Shown here piece after piece: positions 49,215-58,345 of a DNA stretch of 64,000 nt (its first letter is position 1; every line of letters begins with the position of its first letter). The translations under genes and the position numbers were made by a program. The DNA is from Hyphomicrobiales bacterium (GTDB taxonomy: Bacteria > Pseudomonadota > Alphaproteobacteria > Rhizobiales > NORP267). Location: contig JAJFGZ010000037.1 in assembly GCA_021775855.1 (NCBI GenBank), forward strand, positions 77,006 through 141,005, read 5' to 3'. The notes below the pieces were generated by a model that made no database searches, had not been told where the DNA came from, and was given only the letters and a program-made list of their open reading frames with translations.

Positions 49215-50399
49215 TTACATTGGGCATTGGTCAATGTAAGGATTTTCCATGTTCTCAAAGACGGTGGAAACAATCTGGTTGGTCCAGCGACCTCCGGAAT
49301 CGACCACCACTTCGCGAAGATAGAAGTTCTGGATCGGATAATTGTTGGAACCGTAGGAATAGTCGCCACGGACCGATGCGTAATCCGCAGCCCGGAGACC
49401 TTCACGGATGCCATCCATATCGTCCAGATCGCCGCCAGCTGCTTCGACAGCAGATTTGATCATGAAGATCAGATCATAGGCCTGGGCAGCGTAATGTGCC
49501 GGATATTCGCCGTACTTGGTGATATAGTCGGCAACGAACCGCCGGTTTTGCTCGTTGTCCATATCTGGCGACCAATAGTTAGTATTGAATGTCCCCAACA
49601 CGCCCGTCAGATTGGCTTCCTGGAAACGCGGCAGGGAAACGCCATCCATCGTGAATACCGTAAACAGCTCGGTGCTATCAGCAAGCCCGGACTGCTCATA
49701 CTGTTTCACGAAGGCGCCGCCAGCACGGCCCGGATAGAAAGCGAACAACGCTTCGGCACCAGATGCGCGGGCTTTTGCAAGCTCAGCCGAGAAATCAAGC
49801 TGAGCGTCGGCACCCCAACGGGTCATGTCGCGGCCAAGGATTTCGCCGTTGAAAGTAGCCTCAACGCCTTCAACCATGTTTTTACCAGCCGCATAGTTTG
49901 GCGCCATCACGTAGATCGAATTGACACTGCGCTGGTTCATGACTTCGCCCATGGCCCGCGGGATCTGACTGTTTTCCCAGGACGTCGAGAAGAAGTTTTC
50001 ATTGCACGATTCACCAGACATCTGGGATGCGCCGGCATTTGCCGAAATCATGAACTTGCCGGCATCCAAGACCACTTTAGTCGATGCGAGCAGAACGTGA
50101 GACCAGATATAGCCGGTAATAAACCTGACATCAGGATCATTTGCCAATTTCTCGGAGGCCGTACGGCCGACCTGTGGATTGAACTGGTCATCTTCGAAAA
50201 GAATCTCAACGTCCATTCCGGCCATCTGACCGCCGATATGTTCAAGCGCAAGCTCGACGGCATTCTTTTGCTGAATCCCGATAACGGCGGCTGGCGTTGT
50301 CAGCGTCGTGATAAACCCGATTTTGACAGTCTCTTGCGACCAAGCGGGCAGCGAAAACATCGCCGAACCCGCCACAGCAATTGCTAGTTTCTTAATCAT
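49215..50399 (-). CDS. ABC substrate-binding protein, Leu/Ile/Val-binding (type I PBP) family, copy 1
   Basis: 394 aa with signal peptide MIKKLAIAVAGSAMFSLPAWSQ and a LivJ/aromatic-acid-binding-like fold (…IGFITTLTTPAAVIG…, …YIWSHV…). Confidence 0.9.
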   Translation of the reverse strand: MIKKLAIAVAGSAMFSLPAWSQETVKIGFITTLTTPAAVIGIQQKNAVELALEHIGGQMAGMDVEILFEDDQFNPQVGRTASEKLANDPDVRFITGYIWSHVLLASTKVVLDAGKFMISANAGASQMSGESCNENFFSTSWENSQIPRAMGEVMNQRSVNSIYVMAPNYAAGKNMVEGVEATFNGEILGRDMTRWGADAQLDFSAELAKARASGAEALFAFYPGRAGGAFVKQYEQSGLADSTELFTVFTMDGVSLPRFQEANLTGVLGTFNTNYWSPDMDNEQNRRFVADYITKYGEYPAHYAAQAYDLIFMIKSAVEAAGGDLDDMDGIREGLRAADYASVRGDYSYGSNNYPIQNFYLREVVVDSGGRWTNQIVSTVFENMENPYIDQCPM

Positions 50400-50429
50400 A
50401 TTGATATTCCTCCCTCGGTGTCCGATGGA

Positions 50430-51614
50430 TTACATCGGGCATTGATCAATGTATGGATTTTCCATGGCTTCATAGACTGTAGAAACAATCTGATTGGTCC
50501 AACGGCCTTCCGAATCCTCAACCACTTCGCGGAGGTAGAAATTCTGGATCGGATAATTATTGGAACCGTAGGAATAGTCGCCACGGGTGGATGCGTAATC
50601 AGCGGCCCTGAGTGCTTCGCGCATGCCGTCCATGTCATCGAGATCGCCCCCAACCGCTTCAACTGCGGATTTGATCAGCATGACCATGTCGTAAGCCTGG
50701 GCGGCATAATGCGCCGGATACTCGCCGTATTTGGCAAGATAATCAGACACAAAACGCTGGTTTGCAGCGTTGTCCATATCCGGGGACCAATAATTGGTGT
50801 TGTAGGAGCCTAAAACAGCGTTCAGTCCAGCTTCCTGGAAACGCGGCAGAGATATGCCATCAACGGTGAAAACAGTATAAAGCTGAGTGGTCTCTGCGAG
50901 GCCGGACTGCTCGTACTGCTTCACGAACGCGCCACCTGCGCGGCCAGGATAGAACACAAATACAGCTTCAGCGCCGGATGCCCGGGCTTTTGCCAGCTCA
51001 GCCGAGAAATCGAGCTGAGCGTCGGCACCCCAACGGGTCATGTCGCGGCCAAGGATTTCACCATTGAACGTGGCTTCAACGCCCTCGACCATATTTTTAC
51101 CGGCGGCATAATTAGGCGCCATAATATAAATCGATTCGACGCCGCGCTGGTTCATGACTTCACCCATGGCCCGCGGGATCTGACTGTTTTCCCAGGACGT
51201 CGAGAAGAAATTTTCGTTGCAGGCCTCGCCAGACATCTGGGATGCGCCGGCATTGGCCGTGATCATGAATTTTCCGGAATCCAGGACTACATTCGCCGAT
51301 GCAAGCATAACGTGCGACCAGATATACCCCGTGATAAAGCGGACATCAGGATCGTTGGCAAGTTTCTCCGATGCGGTACGACCGGACTGCGGATTGAATG
51401 CGTCGTCTTCAAAAAGAATTTCGACATCCATTCCCGCCATCTGGCCACCAATATGCTCAACGGCTAATTCGACTGCGTTCTTTTGCTGGATGCCAATGAC
51501 TGCGGCGGGTGTAGTCAGCGTTGTAATGAACCCGATTTTTACGGTCTCTTGCGACCAGGCAGGAAGCGCAAACATAGTTGCGCCCGCTGTGGCGATTGCG
51601 AGTTTCTTGATCAT
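50430..51614 (-). CDS. ABC substrate-binding protein, same family, tandem paralogue copy 2
   Basis: 394 aa from ATG 51614 (SD GGGAGGAA). The track ORF is 51 codons longer, with no support for the extension. Collinear with copy 1 without indels. Confidence 0.9.
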   Translation of the reverse strand: MIKKLAIATAGATMFALPAWSQETVKIGFITTLTTPAAVIGIQQKNAVELAVEHIGGQMAGMDVEILFEDDAFNPQSGRTASEKLANDPDVRFITGYIWSHVMLASANVVLDSGKFMITANAGASQMSGEACNENFFSTSWENSQIPRAMGEVMNQRGVESIYIMAPNYAAGKNMVEGVEATFNGEILGRDMTRWGADAQLDFSAELAKARASGAEAVFVFYPGRAGGAFVKQYEQSGLAETTQLYTVFTVDGISLPRFQEAGLNAVLGSYNTNYWSPDMDNAANQRFVSDYLAKYGEYPAHYAAQAYDMVMLIKSAVEAVGGDLDDMDGMREALRAADYASTRGDYSYGSNNYPIQNFYLREVVEDSEGRWTNQIVSTVYEAMENPYIDQCPM

Positions 51615-52037
51615 AATGGTATTCCTCCCTAAAGGCGACCAGGGGATCAGGCTGGCCGTAAAATTGCCAGACACAATGCCAAGCAAATCAGGGTAAATTC
51701 GCAGTGAATTTAGCCCTGGATCAGTATAATTCCCTTCAACTATAGCCCCGCTCTGGCAGGCACTCAAGCGACCTCAACATCGAGTGTCCCGCCTCTCTGG
51801 CTCCTAACCGGTTGTGGTACAAATAGGAAAGCCAAGCCCGGTTACCCAGACATTTGCACGGGAGGTGCCGCCTAACCAGCCTTTGGGGCAGTATTTTGCC
51901 TGTTAGGGTTACGGTCCAGCTCCTCATTCGTTGCCCTACTGCTTTGAGAATTCTAAATATGCCGTCCCAGTCCCGCCATGCCTCGATGCGGAATTAGCTT
52001 ATCCCATCTAGTCATTCCAACTGGATTGTTGATAAAA

Positions 52038-52049
52038 GTGTATATACAC
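52038..52049. promoter_or_regulatory. Perfect 12-bp palindrome in an AT-rich divergent promoter region
   Basis: GTGTATATACAC lies between the transporter operon (-) and the flavin oxidoreductase gene (+). Confidence 0.3.
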
Positions 52050-52265
52050 ATACATATTCAACGTCAAGGAGGTATACTTAGCGCGTAACATCAACATTAA
52101 TCCAGAAGCAGCGGTTCTCAACGGTTATGATTTTGACCCTCGATCATGTGCGCTTGGCCGACCTGCATTCCTGGCAACAAAAGGGCGAAGCAAGATTTTT
52201 ACTTTATCTATAAATATTATTTATATAATATATTATAGCCAATAGCAATAAATGAGTTGTTCGCA

Positions 52266-53714
52266 ATGTGGAAGCCACCCGCCAGGATCAAACACACGAC
52301 CCGACCAGGGCTGTGGCCTGATCGGCAGGAGGCCAAGACTTCCCGTCTATTTTCGCCGGTGACAATTGGCCCCCTTTCCCTCGCCTCCCGGACATGGATT
52401 CCTGCCATGGTTCCGTGGCGCGCGTCGCCCGACGGGTATGTCACGGACGACGTTTTGGCCTGGTACGGGCGGTTCGCGGAGGGACAGCCTGGCGCTATCG
52501 TTGTCGAAGCAACCGGTATCCGTGATGTCCCGAGCGGGCCGCTTCTTCGAATAGGTGACGATCGGTTTATCCCCGGACTCACGGATCTGGTTGAAGTCGT
52601 GGACCGCGCCAGTGACGGCAAGACACGCCTGTTCATCCAGTTGATCGACTTCCTGACTATCCGCCGCAGGCCTTCCCCGGATGCGTTTTTCGGCAAATAC
52701 CTGACGATTACCGATCGCCATCGTGACGCGCTGGACCTTAGGGATGCTGAAGATGCGATTGTCCGGGAACGGTTTCTGCAGCTAGACGGTAACACGCTTG
52801 AGGAGGTGCTGGATGCGCGGGAACTGGAATCGCTTCGCCTGGGATACCGCGAGCGGGTCACTGATACCCACCTGGATCATATCCGCGATCTGCCGGAGGT
52901 CCTACCGAACCTGTTTTCGGCCGCCGCATTGCGCGCCCAGCAAGCCGGATTTGACGGTGTTGAACTGCATTATGCCCACGCCTATACGATGGCATCATTT
53001 CTGTCCGCCCTGAACAACCGGGACGATGGCTACGGCAAAACGCGCGGCGGTCGGGTTCGGATGCCTCTCGAGGTTTATGCGGCAGTCCGCGATCGGGTGG
53101 GCGGAGATTTTCCGGTTGGATGCCGGTTCTTGTCTGACGATTGCATCCCAGAGGGCACCGGGATCGAGGATGCGGCCTGGTTTGCGGTACAATTTGCCGA
53201 AGCGGGGATGGATTTTCTATCGCTATCGCGTGGTGGAAAATTCGAAGACGCCAAGACGCCAAAGGTTGGCGACGCCATATATCCCTATACGGGACCCAGC
53301 GGATACGAGTGCATGCCGGGCTATATATCCGACGAGGCTGGCCCGTTCGGCAGGAACCTGGAACCCGCGGAAACCATTCGGCAAAATATACGGAATGCCG
53401 GCTTTAATATCCCCGTGGTTGCAGCAGGCGGCATTCACGGGTTTGAGCAGGCAGAGGCAGTTTTGACGAGCGGCCAAGCGGATATTGTCGGGTTCGCCCG
53501 CCAAGCCCTGGCCGATCCAGACTGGTTCAGAAAAGTCGCATCAGGCCGGGGTACCGACGTTCGGCTTTGTGAATACACAAATTACTGCGAAGGGCTGGAC
53601 CAGAAACACAAGCAGGTCACCTGTCAATTATGGGATCGCACATCTCTTGACGACGCAGATTGCCGTCCGAGTTCCGACGGCAAGCGGCGGCTGGAGGCAC
53701 CGAGAGAAACATAA
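52266..53714 (+). CDS. NADH:flavin oxidoreductase, Old Yellow Enzyme family, with a short Cys-containing C-terminal extension
   Basis: …LFSPVTIGPLSLASR…, …VELHYAHAYTMASFLS…, …VAAGGI… are OYE TIM-barrel motifs. The start is TTG 52257 or ATG 52266. Confidence 0.85.
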   Translation: MWKPPARIKHTTRPGLWPDRQEAKTSRLFSPVTIGPLSLASRTWIPAMVPWRASPDGYVTDDVLAWYGRFAEGQPGAIVVEATGIRDVPSGPLLRIGDDRFIPGLTDLVEVVDRASDGKTRLFIQLIDFLTIRRRPSPDAFFGKYLTITDRHRDALDLRDAEDAIVRERFLQLDGNTLEEVLDARELESLRLGYRERVTDTHLDHIRDLPEVLPNLFSAAALRAQQAGFDGVELHYAHAYTMASFLSALNNRDDGYGKTRGGRVRMPLEVYAAVRDRVGGDFPVGCRFLSDDCIPEGTGIEDAAWFAVQFAEAGMDFLSLSRGGKFEDAKTPKVGDAIYPYTGPSGYECMPGYISDEAGPFGRNLEPAETIRQNIRNAGFNIPVVAAGGIHGFEQAEAVLTSGQADIVGFARQALADPDWFRKVASGRGTDVRLCEYTNYCEGLDQKHKQVTCQLWDRTSLDDADCRPSSDGKRRLEAPRET

Positions 53715-53888
53715 AATCTTCCTGCCCTTCTTCTCTCGTACCAGCCAAACCTGATTCACAGAATGTTATCTCATTGGCCTGTTTACAATTGCCGTACGAT
53801 TGTCTTTCCTGTTCAATACCGGTTGAATTGTTCGGCCTTTTACCAAGCACGGCTTAAGGCACCGGACCCAACGGAGGGAACCAACCCA

Positions 53889-55070
53889 ATGCGCATATTT
53901 GCCGGAGCTCGAACCCCGTTTTCGCTGATTATACTAGCGCTTTTGTTGCCATTCACTCTTCAGAATGTTTCGCCCGCAAATGCCAATTCACAGGGGATCG
54001 AAATTGCCGACCAGCTCATGGACCTCTTTGCCAGTTATGATGGCGTTGATCCGGTTTACGACGATGCAGACTATGATTCGAGTTCAGATATCACCACGAT
54101 TTACGGCTTTTTGTTCGAAAATCCGAAGGAAGACGCATCGCTGACAATCCAGCGGCTCGAAATGCTTGGCGTCCGGATTCATGCCAGTGGTGCAATTTCG
54201 GCCGACGAATTGGTTGCCAGTAAAGTTACCCTTGACGACAGAGGAGATGAGACCGCGATCGCAATAGGCACGATGACCGTCCAAGACCCGCTCTTCCCCG
54301 AAAAGGCAATTGTTGACGGGAAAAATAAGGCTTTTGTCTACCGGCTCGCTACCGAATATTTGCTGGAAGACACAGTCATTGCAAGTGAAGGCAAGATACT
54401 CCCCATTGCCCGTATTTTCGCAAGGCGCGGTGAGCTCGATGGCGATATCCCGGAGACGTTCCAATTGGATATCGAAAATGTCGTCTTTCCCGTCGATGAC
54501 ATGGATGACCCGTCAAGCCAGGAGCAATTGGGCAGAATGGGCTATGACGTGCTGGATATCAGCATGTCCGCCATCTGGTCCTGGGACAGTGCTGCAGAGC
54601 GAATGGATGTTGGCCCATTGCAGGTTTCCATCCGGGACATGGGCGCGACAACGCTCGAACTGGCCGTTGGGGGAGTTTCCAGAGAATTCCTTTTGACATT
54701 CGAGGATGACGACCGGAGGCTCGAATTGGCTCAATTGATGTCATTCATCTCGCTAAATTATACTGTGGATGATGATTCCGTTACGGACCGCATTATCAAT
54801 GTCATGTCAGAGGATGCGGATCTTTCACCGAACACAATGATCGGGATTTGGGTTGATCTCGCCAGACAGCAGATGACGCAGCTGACTTTGCCTGAGGATT
54901 TCATCAAGATGGTGGTGAAGGCGACGGAATATTTCCTGAACAATCCGGGGCGAATTTCCCTGTCCGCCGAACCCGAAGCGCCAATCCCGGCAGCCCAGTT
55001 GATGGGTTCCGTCATGTTCGGACCGGCCGCGATTATCCCGATGCTGAACATTACGGTAACTGCTGAATAG
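53889..55070 (+). CDS. Hypothetical secreted acidic protein
   Basis: ATG 53889 has the SD GGAGGGAA. Signal peptide MRIFAGARTPFSLIILALLLPFTLQNVSPANA. No family recognised. The track ORF is 42 codons longer. Confidence 0.6.
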   Translation: MRIFAGARTPFSLIILALLLPFTLQNVSPANANSQGIEIADQLMDLFASYDGVDPVYDDADYDSSSDITTIYGFLFENPKEDASLTIQRLEMLGVRIHASGAISADELVASKVTLDDRGDETAIAIGTMTVQDPLFPEKAIVDGKNKAFVYRLATEYLLEDTVIASEGKILPIARIFARRGELDGDIPETFQLDIENVVFPVDDMDDPSSQEQLGRMGYDVLDISMSAIWSWDSAAERMDVGPLQVSIRDMGATTLELAVGGVSREFLLTFEDDDRRLELAQLMSFISLNYTVDDDSVTDRIINVMSEDADLSPNTMIGIWVDLARQQMTQLTLPEDFIKMVVKATEYFLNNPGRISLSAEPEAPIPAAQLMGSVMFGPAAIIPMLNITVTAE

Positions 55071-55074
55071 CGAA

Positions 55075-56856
55075 TTAGCTGTTTTCGGTTTTTGGCAAAT
55101 TCAGGCGGATATGAAGATCGCGCAATTGCCTGGCAGAGACATCTGACGGAGCCCCCATTAGCAGATCCTCCGCCTGCTGGTTCATGGGGAACATGACAAC
55201 CTCGCGCAGGTTTTCTTCGCCGCATAACAGCATCACGATGCGGTCGATACCCGGCGCGATGCCACCATGGGGTGGTGCGCCATAGGTGAGCGCACGGAGC
55301 ATGCCACCGAATTTTTCTTCCAACACGCTCTCGTCGTAACCTGCAAGGTCGAAGGCCTTTTTCATAATCTCGGGGCGATGGTTTCGGATCGCGCCAGACG
55401 ATAGTTCGATGCCGTTGCAGACAATATCGTATTGCCAGGCATTGATCGTGAGCGGGTCCTGGTTTTCCAACGCCTGCAATCCGCCCTGAGGCATCGAGAA
55501 TGGATTGTGGGAAAAGTCGACTTTCTTTTCTTCTTCGTCCCATTCGAACATAGGGAAATCGACGATCCAGCAGAAATCGAACCGGTCTTTGGCTACCAGG
55601 TTCAGTTCTTCGCCAGCGCGGGTACGGGCGGCACCGGCGAAGGGTGCGAATTTTTTTGGATCACCGGCGACGAAAAAGACAGCATCCCCATCTTCCAGAC
55701 CGAGCTGCTCGCGGATCACGGTCGTGCGCTCCGGACCGATATTTTTGGCAACGGGGCCAGCCCCCTCGCCGTCGCGGAAAAAGATGTAGCCGAGACCCGG
55801 TTGTCCCTCGCCCTGCGCCCAGGAATTCATCCTGTCGCAAAATGCGCGCGAACCCCCGGTTTTAGCTGGGATCGCCCAGACCCGAACCTTGTCGTCCTTC
55901 TCGATCATTCCGGCGAAAATTTTGAAGCCCGATCCGCGGAACGCACCGGTCACGTCTTCCATAATGAGCGGGTTGCGCAGGTCTGGTTTATCGGTGCCGT
56001 ATTTCTGCATGGCTTCCGCATATGGGATGCGCGGGAATTCCTGGGTGACAGGTTTGCCATCGCCGAATTCCTCAAACAAACCGCGCAGAACTGGTTCCAC
56101 GGCCTGGAAGACGTCTTCCTGTTCAACAAAACTCATCTCAATATCGAGCTGATAAAATTCGCCGGGCGAGCGGTCGGCGCGGGCATCCTCGTCGCGAAAA
56201 CACGGTGCGATCTGGAAATAACGGTCGAAGCCTGCGACCATGATCAACTGTTTAAACTGCTGGGGGGCCTGGGGTAGCGCGTAGAATTTCCCCGGATGCA
56301 TCCGGCTCGGGACCAGAAAATCACGCGCGCCCTCGGGGCTGGACGCGGTCAGTATGGGGGTCTGGAATTCGAAAAAACCGCCATCGATCATCCGCTGGCG
56401 GATCGAGGAAATGATTTTTCCACGCTTCAGAATGTTGGCGTGGATTCGCTCGCGGCGCAAATCCAGGAAGCGGTATTTCAGACGAATATCTTCCGGATAT
56501 TCCTGCTCGCCAAAGACCGGCAGGGGCAATTCGGGGCATTCGGCAAGCACTTCCAGCTTGTCGAGAAAAATCTCCACATCACCTGTCGGCAGATTTGCGT
56601 TCACAGTCTCTGCGGTGCGTTCTTTAACATCACCTTCCACGCACAAGACCCACTCAGCACGCACTGTTTCAGCCAGTCCAAAAACTGGCGAATCCGGGTC
56701 AACTACACATTGGGTGATGCCGTAATGGTCGCGCAGGTCGATAAACAACAATCCGCCATGATCGCGGACCCGGTGGACCCAGCCGGAGAGGCGGACATTG
56801 TTGCCGACATCGGCTTTACGAAGGGCGCCACAATCGTGGCTTCGGTAGCGATGCAT
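55075..56856 (-). CDS. aspS: Aspartate--tRNA ligase
   Basis: 593 aa, [13 protein letters not shown]…, with class II motifs (…FFEFQTPIL…, …[12 protein letters not shown]…, …[12 protein letters not shown]…). Confidence 0.97.
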   Translation of the reverse strand: MHRYRSHDCGALRKADVGNNVRLSGWVHRVRDHGGLLFIDLRDHYGITQCVVDPDSPVFGLAETVRAEWVLCVEGDVKERTAETVNANLPTGDVEIFLDKLEVLAECPELPLPVFGEQEYPEDIRLKYRFLDLRRERIHANILKRGKIISSIRQRMIDGGFFEFQTPILTASSPEGARDFLVPSRMHPGKFYALPQAPQQFKQLIMVAGFDRYFQIAPCFRDEDARADRSPGEFYQLDIEMSFVEQEDVFQAVEPVLRGLFEEFGDGKPVTQEFPRIPYAEAMQKYGTDKPDLRNPLIMEDVTGAFRGSGFKIFAGMIEKDDKVRVWAIPAKTGGSRAFCDRMNSWAQGEGQPGLGYIFFRDGEGAGPVAKNIGPERTTVIREQLGLEDGDAVFFVAGDPKKFAPFAGAARTRAGEELNLVAKDRFDFCWIVDFPMFEWDEEEKKVDFSHNPFSMPQGGLQALENQDPLTINAWQYDIVCNGIELSSGAIRNHRPEIMKKAFDLAGYDESVLEEKFGGMLRALTYGAPPHGGIAPGIDRIVMLLCGEENLREVVMFPMNQQAEDLLMGAPSDVSARQLRDLHIRLNLPKTENS

Positions 56857-56996
56857 TGCGCTTCATGGACCTCTGGAAATAGTTGTTTCTGGCTGTAGCG
56901 ATACCTGATCTTCAAATGATCAGACACGGCATTCGAATGGCCGGAAAAGCGCATGCAGTTTTCGGTTTGTCAAGACAGATCGGAATATTAGGGATG

Positions 56997-57383
56997 TCAA
57001 ACCAGATAGCCCTGCCAGGACAGATACGCGCCGAGCACAATCTGTGCCGCACTTGCAACCCGGAGCAACGTAGTATTCTCGATCATGGACCCGCCGATCG
57101 AAACCGCAAGAGCTGGAAATCCAACCCGAAAAATGCCTCCGAGCAGTGCCAGCCAGCCGAGCAACGTGATTATTACAGGCCAATCGGCGATCCAGATATT
57201 GTGGGTGTTGACGAGAGCAAGACCGGTTACCACGGCCAAAATGCCCGCAACGAACAGGTGCGCCGGGCCCGCCATAAAATCGCGCCCGATCGACTTGAGC
57301 TGCTCGACATTCGATAGACTGGCGATCCCGATAATCATCAGGAATGGTCCAATAAGTTTCGCGATGAGTATGGAATTGGTCAT
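56997..57383 (-). CDS. Hypothetical small integral membrane protein (about 4 TM segments)
   Basis: 128 aa from ATG 57383 (SD GGGAGA). Hydrophobic segments throughout. No family recognised. Confidence 0.55.
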   Translation of the reverse strand: MTNSILIAKLIGPFLMIIGIASLSNVEQLKSIGRDFMAGPAHLFVAGILAVVTGLALVNTHNIWIADWPVIITLLGWLALLGGIFRVGFPALAVSIGGSMIENTTLLRVASAAQIVLGAYLSWQGYLV

Positions 57384-57522
57384 GAGGTGTCTCCCTACCA
57401 AGTCCTAATATGGGGCTGCCCGCCGGATTGATCAATCTCAATCATTTTTGACAAAATGACGCGGGTTTGTGATTTAGGGTTTTGGATAGGTCGGGCTAAG
57501 CTTTTTCAAAGGATGCATCGAT

Positions 57523-58242
57523 ATGAAAAGCCTGACTGGAATAATACCGGGAATTCGCATTCTACAGGCTGCGGCGATCGCTCTGTTTGCCTTCCTGGCG
57601 GCGTGTTCGGAGGAGCCGTCAGATCCGCTGCGGGCAGGCAGCGAACCGGTTATTTCCGTCATGGATTTTTCACCACCTTTTTCACTGGACCCACCTCCCC
57701 TGGGTTGGACACACCGGACGTTCTGGACCCGACCCGCGATGGAGTTGAGCATTGTCGAAAAAGACGGACAGCAGGCGTTGCGCTGCGAAACCAACAACGG
57801 CGGATCGATTTTCGGCAGGCAAACGGACATCGATTTGGGGACCTATCCGACGCTTGCGTGGGACTGGTACGTTGAAGTACCCATCACCAGCAGCATTGAC
57901 GAACGCACGCCCGAGGGTGACGACCACCCAGCGCGTATTTTTATCCGTCTGATAGACGGCAACGGCGAAGAGCAGGCCTTCGAGATCATCTGGAGCAACA
58001 GATTGTTTCAACCGGGGGACTATAAATTCATCGGCAATTTTGGCCATTATGTTGCAAACGGACTGGAGGCCAATATCGGCCGTTGGTATCGCCAGGAGGT
58101 GAATCTTTTGGACATCTACCGCCGCACGTCAGGGCGCGATGACACGCCAGCAATCAAACTGATCGCCATCTTCTGCGACAGCGACGATACTGGCGGGCGT
58201 AGCGTCGCGTATTTTTCCGATGTGCGGCTAATTGCCGAATAG
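57523..58242 (+). CDS. DUF3047-family lipoprotein
   Basis: Lipobox LAAC at residues ~24-27. …TYPTLAWDWYVE…DERTPEGDDHPARIFIRL… resembles the DUF3047 core. Confidence 0.7.
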   Translation: MKSLTGIIPGIRILQAAAIALFAFLAACSEEPSDPLRAGSEPVISVMDFSPPFSLDPPPLGWTHRTFWTRPAMELSIVEKDGQQALRCETNNGGSIFGRQTDIDLGTYPTLAWDWYVEVPITSSIDERTPEGDDHPARIFIRLIDGNGEEQAFEIIWSNRLFQPGDYKFIGNFGHYVANGLEANIGRWYRQEVNLLDIYRRTSGRDDTPAIKLIAIFCDSDDTGGRSVAYFSDVRLIAE

Positions 58243-58345
58243 CAATTCCAAATTTATTCATACGCGGGTACGGCATGCCAGGTTGATAAAATAGTCCGAA
58301 ATTTTGACGGCTAGATAAAAAGCAAACTTTGGAAGGAGACTGGAA

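Noticed and set aside
49227-50387. A 386-aa ORF on the + strand spans almost exactly the whole SBP copy 1 gene in antisense.
   Set aside because: The sense frame encodes an obviously genuine periplasmic binding protein. The equivalent antisense frame over the ~88%-identical copy 2 is broken (only 50418..50813 is open), so the antisense ORF is not conserved even within this window. Its product is Arg/His-rich with no SD. This is a shadow ORF.
51741-51935. The structured segment upstream of the transporter operon might be a known housekeeping RNA (SRP/4.5S, 6S, RNase P, tmRNA) or a known riboswitch (TPP, B12).
   Set aside because: None of the hallmark conserved strings I know are present on either strand. 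These include GGUCAGGUCCGGAAGGAAGCAGCC for SRP, GAGGAAAGUCCGGGC for RNase P, CUGAGA…ACCUGA for TPP, and the B12 box. It is left as an unclassified element.
52217-52861. A 214-aa Ser/Arg-rich ORF lies on the - strand over the start of the OYE gene.
   Set aside because: It has a low-complexity composition (runs of S, R, P) and is antisense to a gene with clear OYE motifs. I judged it spurious.
55432-56277. A 281-aa ORF lies antisense to aspS. Similar cases are 34182..35018 antisense to nrdJ and 28553..29095 antisense to the accC/aat junction.
   Set aside because: These overlap strongly supported housekeeping genes. They have atypical composition, no ribosome-binding sites and no recognisable motifs. 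They are typical frame-shadow ORFs.
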